In this document: positions 49,456 through 60,790 of the stretch, in pieces
Layout: the number at the start of each line of letters is the position of its first letter
Numbering within the stretch: the first letter of the stretch is position 1
Source of the DNA: Antechinus flavipes
Taxonomy: Eukaryota
NCBI RefSeq assembly: GCF_016432865.1
Contig: NC_067399.1
Location: 108,996,001 to 109,060,000 of the forward strand
DNA length: 64,000 nucleotides
Direction of reading: 5' to 3'
Program-made: the position numbers and the translations under genes
Notes under the pieces: generated by a model
The model's database searches: none
What the model saw: only the letters and a program-made list of their open reading frames with translations
What the model was told of the DNA's origin: nothing

Positions 49456-51968
49456 ATTTTCATAGAGGCCAGACAATTAAAAATTTAACCAAATTTATAA
49501 AATTGGCATTAAGTAGATATGGTCAAATATTTATTTACCACTGATAGTCTTTTCAGAGTCCTTTCCAATCCAGAAATTAAAAAGCAATACTCTAAACAGT
49601 CTAAAGATAAAACTAGAAATATTTAACATGAAGCTTACAGCTAGTACAGCCATTCTCTGACTGTGAATTTGCCTGTATCTAGTCACATCTATAAAGCCTC
49701 CCTTTGACTGGACTATTCCCTCATTCCCAGAATGCCTTCCAACCAAGGCTAAATAGTTCCCAGGTCACCCATCAGAAGTATTGGGATAAAGCACACTATA
49801 TTCACCCAATGCCTGAGCTACCTTCATTGATCACACTGCTGGAGGCGGCTAAGTATTGTACACACTGAACATACTAACAGAGTAGTCAAAGCTTTTACAG
49901 AGTTCAGGATTAACCACCTGTTAGATAACTAATATCTCTAAAGTCATTTTTTCTCTGTGTCTCCTCCCCCCTTCTCTTTCTCTATTCCCCTCTTTTCTTC
50001 CCATTATCTCCTGTCTTGGTCTCTTCCCCATCTTAAAAGCCAAAAGGAGAATTAGTATAGTCTATAAGATAAAAATACATATATTTTTGCATTTCTAATA
50101 TATTTTATATCCTTTAGATCAATGAGAAATGTTAAATAATAGTAGGAATTACACACACTATAACTAAAACCTTAAATTGATAACCTATGGATCTATGATG
50201 GGTTCTTTTCTTTTTCTAATTCTGCAAAGTGGTCAACTTTCCTCAAAAACTAAATACATCAATAATGATGATCTTAATGATTGCCTGACCCATACTTTCT
50301 AAATGTAATTTTTCTATTTATTTCCCTTTAGATCTGAAGCACTAGCTGTGGGGCTCTTTTTTTCTTGTTGTTTTCATTCTTTTGTCCAGGGTCTTGGACT
50401 GAAGCTCTCATGCTGCTGATTTTCTGAGCACCGCTCATTTGGACAGACCTGCTCAGAGCCATAAGTGTATAAAAGATTCAGACATAGAATGTAGTCCTTC
50501 CTTATGGAAACAATTATAGGACAGATTCCACCTAATTTTCAGAATTATAATAAAGTAGGGACAGAAGTCCCCTTTTGTTTGCAGGAAGAAGAAATATAAA
50601 TTTAGCATAGGAATATGATTCAACTTTATTAACATTTTTAATTCTTTGTATCTCTGATTGGTGTTCTGATTAGTTTTAATTTTGTATGTCTTTTTTAAAA
50701 ATCATATTATTCAACTCCTCATCCCTATGTTAGAATTTTATGTGCTTATAGATTTAGAGCTAAAAGCAATAGACATGTTGTCCCATCCCTTAATTGTATA
50801 GTTGAGACAAAGTAAAGAATGGTTAAATGACATGCTCAGAATTTGAATTCAGTTTCCCTGACTCCAAATCCAGTCTTTTTCCCCCACAGTATTATATTTC
50901 CTATCTAGGGTCATCTATCTAGTTCTGTGTGAGACATCAGAGTCCAGCAATTCCAAACCCTTCATTTACAGATTAAAAAACAAACAAAGCCATACATTGA
51001 AGAACTAAGAAAGTTGGATAAATGGATCTGCCCATGGTTCCATGAGTAATAAGCACAAAGGCTAGAATTTGAAACCATGTCTTTGGATTTTTTCTGTTTG
51101 CCAACCATTCTTGATTTATGTCTGTTTTCTGAGTCAAGAATTGCCCTTATGTAACTGATTTAAGGCCAAATCATTATTTCTGAACAGTAATTCATTTAAG
51201 GAACAGGAGCATGGATTCCAGCTCAAACTTACTTGATTCATACTGCCTCGGATTCAAGAGCTTAAGGGTCAACATATATTGCTTTAATCTGCAAACATCC
51301 TGCCTTAGGATACTAATCTAGAGACCCACATTTTCAGATCCTTCCTGAAGCCCCAGTTCTAAACTTTTCCACTATGGGCAGTCATCAAGAGCAAAATTTA
51401 AGAGTTAAAAACATATTTGAAAAATTAGCCTAATTTTTTAAAAAGCAACTTCCAAGGTGAGTTTTCCAAGTCATCCATTACTCTGTTCAGAAAATCAGTA
51501 GGAAAGAAAATGAGTAAAACCACGGATCTACATTTCTATTGTTAACTCTAATCTTTTGTTTGAACTAAAGGTTCCCTGCTTTATTACAATCCTAAGTGGC
51601 CATCACTGAGTGATAATGACGTTGAATTTCATAAGTCTGTAAATTTTGTAGCAAGGATAGTCTCAGTCAATATTTTCATTTGACAATTGTAATTAATCAG
51701 GGTCTCATTTAAACTAAGGGATGAGTGTCTTTCACAATATAAACAGGACCCTGATATGTGTTCAATGATTATCCCCTGGGGTTGACACTGAGCCTACAGA
51801 TAGCGTTAAAGGATTCGAAAAGAAAGTAATAAGCTTGGTTTTTGAGAATTTCACCTGTTCCAATGCCCTCTTCAGTCCTTCAAAAAAGGAAATTGAGAGG
51901 ATACTTGAGCTCAGACAGCAATGCTAAATTCATTTCTCCTCGATGGACCTTATGAAGAGTTCTGCTAA

Positions 51969-52138
51969 CTGCTGCTGCTGCTACTGCTACTACTACTGCT
52001 ATTGCTGCTATTCCTAGTGCTGCTACTGTTGCTGCTATTATTACTGCTGCTGCTGCTGTTGCTACTACCACTGCTACTGTTGCTGCTGCTATTGCTATTA
52101 TTGCTACTCCTCCTCCTGTTGCTACTGTTGTTTGCTGC
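51969..52138. repeat. Degenerate (CTG/CTA/TTG)n trinucleotide repeat
   Basis: Over 50 in-phase YTR triplets. Confidence 0.9.
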
Positions 52139-53399
52139 ATCCTGACACTGATATCTTTCAAAAGTTGTTTGCACAAGCTCTTCCAACCAAGAGATCAACA
52201 ATGCACAGCCCTCCAGACCTAAAAACTCCAGAAAACTGAGCAAAAGCTAGTTTCCTACTCCTTGAACAGTGGCCTCGCTGGAGTTCAACCCAACATTAGA
52301 ATAAGAGCAGATGACTGACTCAAAAGTGGCAGTTTTATCAAATTCTATTTCCCCTTTATCCTGCTCTGTCTCTGCCCTCGCAGCATCCTGTGATGAATAA
52401 CAAACTGATTTATTCTGAATAAACATAGTTATCTCCCTTTGCATGCTCCCTCCCAGCTGCCAAATCCCTCTCCAATCCTTGATTAGGATATTGATTCCTT
52501 TTTTATATACATATATAGTTTACTGACTTGAGTACAGGACTAGGAACTGAGGACTTTTCATGGAGCAGTCACTGCCTTGCTCTGTGACTTAGAATAAGCA
52601 ACCTTCAATGCATATAAAGGGTACCTGAAAAAAAAGAGGATAGAGAAGAAGAAATCCAAAGAAAGGTGTCACTGAGCTGTGGACTGTGTCTATGTGGCAC
52701 GGTGGTTATGAACATAGCTCAGCCGCTACACCTTAACAAGGTTCATGAGTAGTAGCTAATAGCCATGTTGATATAGTTCTCAGAGAAGATTTTAAAAGTT
52801 GCCTGTAATCACATAGTAAATTTCAGAAGTAGGATTTGAACTTGGACTTGATTGATTCCAAACCTAGTCCTCTGTCCATTATAATAGAGACTCCACAATG
52901 TGTGAAATATACTAGTGGGGAATACAGCATCACAGGAGGCTATGTATGATCAGTCAGTCAGAGGGTAGGAGGATGAGTTGCATTTCAGGGAAGTATTACC
53001 ATATTCTGCTTTCCTCTTGTTACTGGGTTAACTCCCAGATTCTTTTCTGCATCAGACATGGGATGCTCAGGGTGGCTGTAATCTAATAACAGGGCACTTG
53101 CAGGAGAGAGGCATAAGTATCACTGGGAAAGTCTCTTCTTCCTTCCCTAGTACTATCACCAGCTCTTACCCTCTCCATTTCTCATGTCACCATATACCTA
53201 CACCTATGAACTGGCTCTTTGTCCCACCTTTCCACCTGGATACCTCTCTACTATGGGGTAATGACTGGTAAGAGCTGAGTCCCTTCTTTTTATTTTCATT
53301 GAGAAAGATTGAGTTCCAATGAGTGGACAGGCATGAATAGGTTTTCATCTCCACCAAAAATCTCATTACATTATCTTTCTTTCCAAACCCACACTTTTT

Positions 53400-53765
53400 C
53401 TGAATGCTATCAAGAGCAGCATAATCCCTTCACACTCACCTGGGTTCCCAATGAGTTTCATCTTTAGCTCCTCACTCTCCCTACCCCATATTTTTAATCA
53501 TCCAGCCTTTTCTATTTCTACAACTTATCTTGCATCTGCCCCTTTCTTTCTACTCACACAGACAACACTAGTTCAGGCCCTCATCCTCTCCCCCCTTGAC
53601 TACTGCAATTGCCTCCTAATTAGTCCTCTTGCCTCGTATCTTTCTCCTTTTTAATCCACCCTCCACACAGCTGCCAAAGTGATTATCCTGAAGAGCAGGT
53701 CTGACCATGTCACTCCCTGGTTCAATCATCTCCAGTGGGTTCCTATTGACTATGATCAAATATGA
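53400..53765 (+). mobile_element. L2 LINE fragment
   Basis: ctagttcaggccctcatcctctccccccttgactactgcaattgcctcctaattagtcctcttgcctc...ccaccctccacacagctgccaaagtgatt...gaccatgtcactccc. Confidence 0.9.
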
Positions 53766-54399
53766 TTGCCTCTTTAGTTTTTCTTTTTAGAATTTCTATT
53801 TTGTAAGTTTTATAATATACATAATTAGGACAGTAATATATGCATGCCATTATAAATAAGCAATTATACATACATTGGAGAATAAGTGCTAATTGTTTCT
53901 TCTTTCCTTTTTTTTTTTTTTTTTACTGATGCAAACAATCAAAAAACTTTGAAGACCATCACAAAATATCTTTTGCTTCCATTAAGTCCAAATAGGTAGG
54001 CTCTGTGCGTTTGGGGGTAGAGGGTTTCTATGCTAGCTTTTGGGATAGCACTATAAACAAGGAATTATTCAGTTTAAGTACATCAAACAACAACCATAAA
54101 AAGAAGTTGGTTGGTTGACCATGTTTTTCACTTTCTAAATGGCTTTTGGCAAAATGTACACATAGCCAATATATTTCTCAAAGAAATGGCTTAGTTGCAT
54201 TTTAATCTTTTCTCTATAGGCATATTTGTATGCATTAGGCAATACCTATATTTTGGAAATCTACATTGAGTATACATTGATTCTTTTAAAAAATCAATGT
54301 ATAATGATGTGTATATAATTTTCTATACTGTACTTTTCACATATTTATTTTATATATGACATATATAATAAAATGCAATTTATATTTATGTGTGTGTCA

Positions 54400-54580
54400 T
54401 ATGTATATGTGCACTCTATGTCTATATCTATCCATCTGCCTGTGTCTATCTTTCTGTCTACCTGTCCATTTGTCTATCTACCTATCTATGTTTTTATTTA
54501 TTTATTTGTCTACATAACTGTCCATATTTCTATTTATCTATGTATCTATCTATAGCTATACCTACCTATGTATCTTCACA
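54400..54580. repeat. Degenerate (TATC)n / (TGTC)n simple repeat
   Basis: Direct reading of sequence. Confidence 0.8.
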
Positions 54581-54614
54581 TCTCCATATATAATCTTCTC
54601 TGTTTATTCATACA

Positions 54615-55160
54615 CTTACAACCCTAATTCAGGCTCCTATAATCTCCTCCTAGACTATTACAAAAAGCTTCTAATTCATCTCCCATCCTTGTGTTTCCCT
54701 ATTCTAACCCATCTTCCATTCAGCTGCCAAAAAGATATTTCTAAAGAATAGTTCAGAATGTTACCAAGTTTTTATTCCCTTCAGCATCAAATATAAAGCT
54801 CTCTGCTTAGCACTGGAAGGTCTTTATAACCTAGATCTAGCTCTTCTGACCTTGCCACACTTCTTAGACAGGAAACTCCAACACTCATCTCATTGTCTTG
54901 GAAATAACTGCATCCCATGTCTGGAGTGCTGCATCCCATCACTTCTTCTGTCTCTTACTTTTCCAAACTCCCTTCAAGATTTATCTCAAAACCCAAGCTC
55001 TGCCTCCTTTCCTACTGCCCTCTTCTAATGCTTCTTCAGTCACTAGGGATTTTCAGGGTGTGGGATGTAGACTCCCTGACACCAATACTGCTAATTTGCC
55101 TTTCTTTATCTCATCATTTAGTAGAGTACTGCAGCTTTAGCAAGTGCTTCATGTACTTTC
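54615..55160 (+). mobile_element. L2 3' fragment
   Basis: aattcaggctcctataatctcctcctagactatt...cagctgccaaaaagatatttctaaa...cccatgtctggagtgctgcatccc. Confidence 0.75.
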
Positions 55161-56439
55161 CTTAACTAATGATATAAATCAATCTTATTATTTTTCTATA
55201 CCTACATTAAATACCTAACATCAATTTAGAACTGGCAGGTTTACTAATTTCTTCCTTTATAACAATCTCATGGAGATATTAATATAAGTATTATACCCAT
55301 TTTTCAGATAAGGTTCATGTATAGCAGTAGGTACCATTTCATTAATGCTTTTTCCCAATGAAATACACTTCCTCCTAGATACATTATCATTTCTGGATGA
55401 TCTTCAATGGCATAAAAATAAACAATTAAGTGCTTAGCAATTTCAATCTTTTAAAATAAAAATAGTCACTACTAATTTCTCTACTTTGAAATATAGGGCT
55501 TACAGGACTGAAAAGATTAAATTAAAAATGTATGGAAAATACTCTAATCCTTAAGATGCTAAATAAATGTTAGATATTATTATTATTACATCTGTGTACA
55601 TTTGATACCATTTCTTAGTGTTTAAGTGAGCCTATTTTAAATTTCCTTGGTTCTTGTATTCCAGTAACCCACCTCATGTCACATGATAGTACAAACTGAA
55701 ATATCACCTGGTTAAAGGGGAATGGCAAAAGGCAAAAAGAAGAGGAAAACACACAGTCTTAATCTTCCCAAGTACCATTTCCAAGTTGATTGCTGTCCCT
55801 CTTCACCAACAGCAACTGGTTCAGTTTAGCAGAGAACCAGACTGGAGCCTTCCAAGCTGATTTTCTGCAAGCAGTGGCAATCTCTAGTGTCGGGCAGACC
55901 CAAGTGCCCCAGATGAACTGTACAGAACAATCTGAGCACTAGGGTTTGTTTGCAAGAGTTACATTCGTTGATGAACTACTCAGCACATTTCTAAGAAAAA
56001 AAAAAGAAAAAAAGGTGGGGGGGGAGTGTTTTACAATTCTAGGCTGCAGATAAGGTCCCATTCTTTCAGTGACCCTACTTGGTACCACCCTGTGGGAAAT
56101 CATCAAGATTACAGCAATTGCTTGGGAAAGGGAATGAAGGGGTTAATCTAGGGTATTAAATTTACATTTTCTTTTATCTTTATCTCCCTATACAGTATTC
56201 TTTCAACAAGTTAATATACCAGTTTTTCAACAATAAATTCTTCTGGGTTCTGCCAATTTATTTTTCAGTACTTCTCTGCATCTGCTATTAAGGAAAAATA
56301 AAAAGAAAGAACTTTTTGATCAGGTTTAATTTTAGTGGATATAATGCATTCATTTAGGCAAGTTTAGAGGAAGAAAAAGAAAGGGGAGGGGGAAACTTTT
56401 GTATGGGGATTCAACAGAGTACTGTCTTTGCTGTCTTCA

Positions 56440-56640
56440 TCTACATTAAATTGGTCATGACCTTCCAGGTGTCTTTAAGGTTGAAGTGTTTGCTGGACCA
56501 TTTCGAGCTCCACCGGCTGGTTCACGTGACCCTCCTGACATCAAGAGACAGGCTTTTAAAAGAACAGGGCCACCTTGTCAGTGCACCAGGGTCACTAATA
56601 GCCTGCCTTGGGCCCTCAAATAGGTCATGTTCGCCTTGCT
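56440..56640. promoter_or_regulatory. Putative enhancer with nuclear-receptor half-site palindrome, E-box and RORE-like site
   Basis: tGGTCATGACCT (56452-63), TCACGTGAC (56522-30), GGGTCA (56589-94), aaatAGGTCA (56618-27) within 200 bp of unique CpG-retaining sequence; motif evidence only. Confidence 0.4.
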
Positions 56641-56731
56641 CTTCCAACACAAAGAGAAAGGAGAGGAAGGCTGGGGAGGGGGGATAATTATCATTCTGTT
56701 TTTTTTTTTTTTTTTTTTTCCTCCAGGCTCA

Positions 56732-56895
56732 NNNNNNNNNNNNNNNNNNNNNNNNNNNNNNNNNNNNNNNNNNNNNNNNNNNNNNNNNNNNNNNNNNNNN
56801 NNNNNNNNNNNNNNNNNNNNNNNNNNNNNNNNNNNNNNNNNNNNNNNNNNNNNNNNNNNNNNNNNNNNNNNNNNNNNNNNNNNNNNNNNNNNNNN
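56732..56895. other. Assembly gap or masked run, 164 N
   Basis: Run of N. Confidence 0.99.
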
Positions 56896-56999
56896 TGAGG
56901 ATCCACAGGCTGCCCTAGTTAAGCCAGTAATTAGCCTGTCCTCCTTTTTTATTATTATTATTGAGAAACTACAAATTATCTTCATATGAGCACTGGCCA

Positions 57000-57560
57000 T
57001 TCCCTTTCTCCCTTCTATTTTCATTCTCTCCTCTTTCTCTGTCTCCCTATTTCTCACTCCCCCCCCCTCCTTTTTCATCTGTCTCCTCTTCTCTATTTAT
57101 CTCCTTCTCTTCCTTGATTTCTCTTTCTTTTTTTTTCTTCCTCTTTCTTCCTTTTCTATCTTTGGTCTCTCTTCCTGCTCTCTTTACCTTTTTCTTTTTT
57201 CTCTGCTTTCCCTCTTCCTTTCTTTCCTTGTCCTCTTCCTTTCCTATCTTTTCTCTCCCTTTTTCTATCTATTTTCCCCTTCCCCTATTTTTTCTTCCCT
57301 TCCCTCCTCTAAGACTTCTATTCTGCCTTTATCCAGCCATTCTTTCTCTGCTTTCTCTCTGTCTGTCTGTCTCTCTCTTTGTCTCTGTCTGTCTGTCTCT
57401 CTCTCTCTTCCCTTCTTCTCTTTTTCTTTCTGCTTTCTCTGTCTCTCCTTTTCTTCCTCCTTCCCTCCTCTCTGTTTTCTCTGTCTGCTATCTCCCATCC
57501 TTCCTTCCCCCCTGTTTTCTCTCTCCCCTCCTTCTCCCAACGCCCCCCCCCCATATCTCT
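57000..57560. repeat. CT-rich polypyrimidine low-complexity tract (~560 bp)
   Basis: Almost exclusively C/T on the + strand. Confidence 0.95.
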
Positions 57561-57797
57561 CAGCACTTTGGATAAGCAGAATGCAGCTGCACAAGAGCAA
57601 GATAAAGCTCTACCATCAAGATGATGAACAATTTGGATGAAGAGCCTTCGAGACAAACACAAAAGCTGAAGGAGTGCAGTTGATGCAGGCCCGGACAGCT
57701 GAAGAATGCCGCGGTCTACAGATGAATAGCCCTCATTTGTGAATATACAGATTTTCCATGATGAATAAAAACTGAGTGTAGGTCACAATAAATAAAC

Positions 57798-57953
57798 NNN
57801 NNNNNNNNNNNNNNNNNNNNNNNNNNNNNNNNNNNNNNNNNNNNNNNNNNNNNNNNNNNNNNNNNNNNNNNNNNNNNNNNNNNNNNNNNNNNNNNNNNNN
57901 NNNNNNNNNNNNNNNNNNNNNNNNNNNNNNNNNNNNNNNNNNNNNNNNNNNNN
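57798..57953. other. Assembly gap or masked run, 156 N
   Basis: Run of N. Confidence 0.99.
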
Positions 57954-59404
57954 GCTTGTTTCAAGTTATTTTAGGGGTTTTTTCCATTATCTTTTTTTTA
58001 AAATTATGTTTCAAATACATTTTAAATGTAGTAACAGCATCTCTAAAACACAGTTGCCCTATGTTTGGATCTATTTGAAATGTATTCATATAACATTTAA
58101 TTAAAGCTGCAATACTACCACCCCCCCTTCAGAAAATGAGTAAGAGGTAGAAATGTCTGTATTAGCTGACTAGTCCTGACATAATCTTGCCAAAAGGCTG
58201 ATTCTTTTTCCTTATTGGTGCAAGATAATTAGACCATCATTAACCTCCGGAAACATCACTGTCGGTATTTCTTGGCATCATAAAATCCAGTGATTCAGAA
58301 AATTTTCATAATTTTACTTAAGATCAATGCTGAGGCAAAGATCAGTTCTGAATCTGCTTTATATTTCTAAAAACGACAGTCCGCTGAGCTGTTTTTCACA
58401 TTGGAACTTAACCCAAGAGGAAAGCTAACAAAACCTTCACACCTGTGTCCCTGTGATCCCTATATAACACCCACTTTGATTTCTGTTGGCAAGGGGAAGT
58501 GATGAGCAGAGGGGACAACAAAAGACTTATTCCTCATGAATTTGACAGTGATATGGTCATTCATTTTGCTTCTACTTTTTCTGCCTCTTCCAGACAGTTA
58601 TAATTTGAAGGAGGGGAAGAAAATAAATGAAAATTTGTTCCAGAATCAGTTTAATGTCAAGGAGTAAAAGGAACTGGTCATCTCTATGTTTTGTTTATTT
58701 AGTCATATAGGCCTGAGATACCTGAACTCAGTAAAATTTGCTTTTCTTCTTATTTTTTCCTTAGGGAAGAAAATGCCAGTACTGTTTGGCTCTCCCTTTA
58801 GCCATACCTAATCTTGACCTGGCTTTCCAAGTACCCCTCCAAGGAAAATAACTTTCCTAACTCCTTTAGAACAAGAGTCTTATGAAAATGGAGAAATCTT
58901 TTTTGCACATAATGTTACAAGTACTATTAAGAATGATAATATATATATTTAAGGTCCTGGTCCCATAGACCTTTAAAAATTATTGAATAAAACAATGATG
59001 CCAAAGAAAAAGAAGAAATAATCAATTGGGGGGAGGGATTCCAGAAGGCAGGAGATTTGACCAAATGATTAACCATAACAGATTATTTCTAATATTATAT
59101 TTATCTGAAAGACCTAAAACAAAATTACTAATCTCCCCCCCATATCTCCTATTTAATTGTCCTGTCAGTTTATGAAATTACAGAAGGCAAGGGCAGAGAA
59201 AATAGATTTCTATGTTGACCCAAAAGAGGGTTCATTGAAGTTAATAACTGAACCTAAGCTAATATATTATAGAGTTCACAAATAAAAGTTCTGAGATTTA
59301 CAAAGGTCATTTCACTCTACTGCAAAGGAATATAGCCAGAGGGCCACAGAAAGCAGACCTGGAAGGCCCTTTGAAATCACATATTCCAATCTTCTTACAT
59401 CATA

Positions 59405-59650
59405 AGAGGCAGCTAGAGGTCTTAGTGAATAGAAATTTAGACTCAGGTAAACCTATGTTCAAATCTTACCTTAGATCCTTAATAGCTTTGTGACCCTTGC
59501 AAAGTAATTTTATCTTTCTCTGCCTCCCTCAGGTTTCTCATCCCCAAAATGAGAATAACAGCAACTGCTTCTCGTCACTGTTCTGAGAATAAACTGAAGA
59601 TAACATATGAAGAAAGCACTTTGAAGACCTTAAATCACCTTATAAATATC
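59405..59650 (+). mobile_element. MIR SINE
   Basis: gaggcagctagaggtcttagtgaatag...ctatgttcaaatcttacc...gtgacccttgcaaag...tttctcatccccaaaatgag. Confidence 0.8.
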
Positions 59651-59879
59651 AACTAAGACATTTGTATAGTTACAAGAATCTAAGATTAGAGAAAGGAATT
59701 TACTTACCTAAGGGTATAAAATTGGCATTGGAGCCAACACTAAAATTGGGTCTGCTACCCAAATAAAATGGAGAAAAGCATAATTTGTTGTGTTAAAACT
59801 CTAAGGGTCAGTGCCAACCCTACCCCATAGGTAGTTTGAGTTGCTATGTGGCTAGGGTAATTTTAAAACCCACTAAAAT

Positions 59880-60260
59880 ACATCTTAACAGAAAAGGATC
59901 TATTTGTACAAAAATATTTATAGTAGTTCTTTTTGTAGAGGCTAAGAATTGAACATTGAAGAAATGATTGTGATGGAATATTATCATGCTATAAGAAATG
60001 GATGTATATGAACTGATGCATAAAGAAATGACAGAACCAGGAAAACATTGTACACAGTAACAGCAATATTGTTCAATGAAGAAACTGTGAATGATTTAGC
60101 TATTTTCAGCAATACAATGATCCAAGACCATCCTAAGGGATTAATGATGTTTTCAGAGTGAGAACTGATATTGATTGAATACAGGCTGAAGCATACTCTT
60201 TTTCAGTTTTTTTTTTTTATCTTCTTATACAAAATAACCAATATGGAAATGTTTTACATT
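59880..60260 (+). mobile_element. Old L1 3' fragment
   Basis: gtacaaaaatatttatagtagttctttttgtag...tgatggaatattatcatgctataagaaatg...aaaacattgtacacagtaacagcaatattg. Confidence 0.85.
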
Positions 60261-60436
60261 AAGAAATGTTTAAAATCTCTCTTCCAACTAATCTCCAATG
60301 AATAGCCCACCTATTCCCAGTACCTTAGCTCCATTTCTTAAGATCTCACCATTATTTCAGACTTTGGAATTAAGACAGTCAATATTGAAAGCTCCTGTTA
60401 AGTTGCACCTCATATGGACGTGGCTCTCTTCACCAA

Positions 60437-60790
60437 TGAGATGATTCAGGCCAGTTCCAATGGTCTTGTGATGAAGAGAACCATCTATATACCCAAAGAA
60501 AGGACTGTGGGAACTGAATGTGGATCATAACATAGTATGTTCACTCTTTTTTTGTTGTTTGCTGACATTTTGTTTTCTTTCTCATTTTTTTCCTTTTTGA
60601 TCTGATTTTTCTTGTGCAGCATGATATTTGTAGAAGTGTATATAGAAGAATTACACAGGTTTAACATATCTTTGATTACTTGCCATCTAGGGGAAGGAAT
60701 GATGGAAAAGGAACACAAGGTTTTGCAAGGGTGAATGTTGAAAATTATGCATGCATATATTTTGAAAATAAAAAGCTTTAATTAAAAAAT
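60437..60790 (+). mobile_element. 5'-truncated younger L1 3'UTR
   Basis: gagatgattcaggccagttccaatggtcttgtgatgaagagaaccatct...ggactgtgggaactgaatgtggatc...aataaaaagcttt; similar to 38860-39210. Confidence 0.9.

Noticed and set aside
52694-52729. Small hairpin as a possible microRNA
   Set aside because: The stem is only ~36 nt with bulges, too short for a pre-miRNA, and I recognise no mature sequence.
56961-57662. Longest ORFs in the track (204 aa +, 111-114 aa -)
   Set aside because: They are translations of the CT-rich low-complexity tract (F/L/S/P or E/R/K/G only), not genes.
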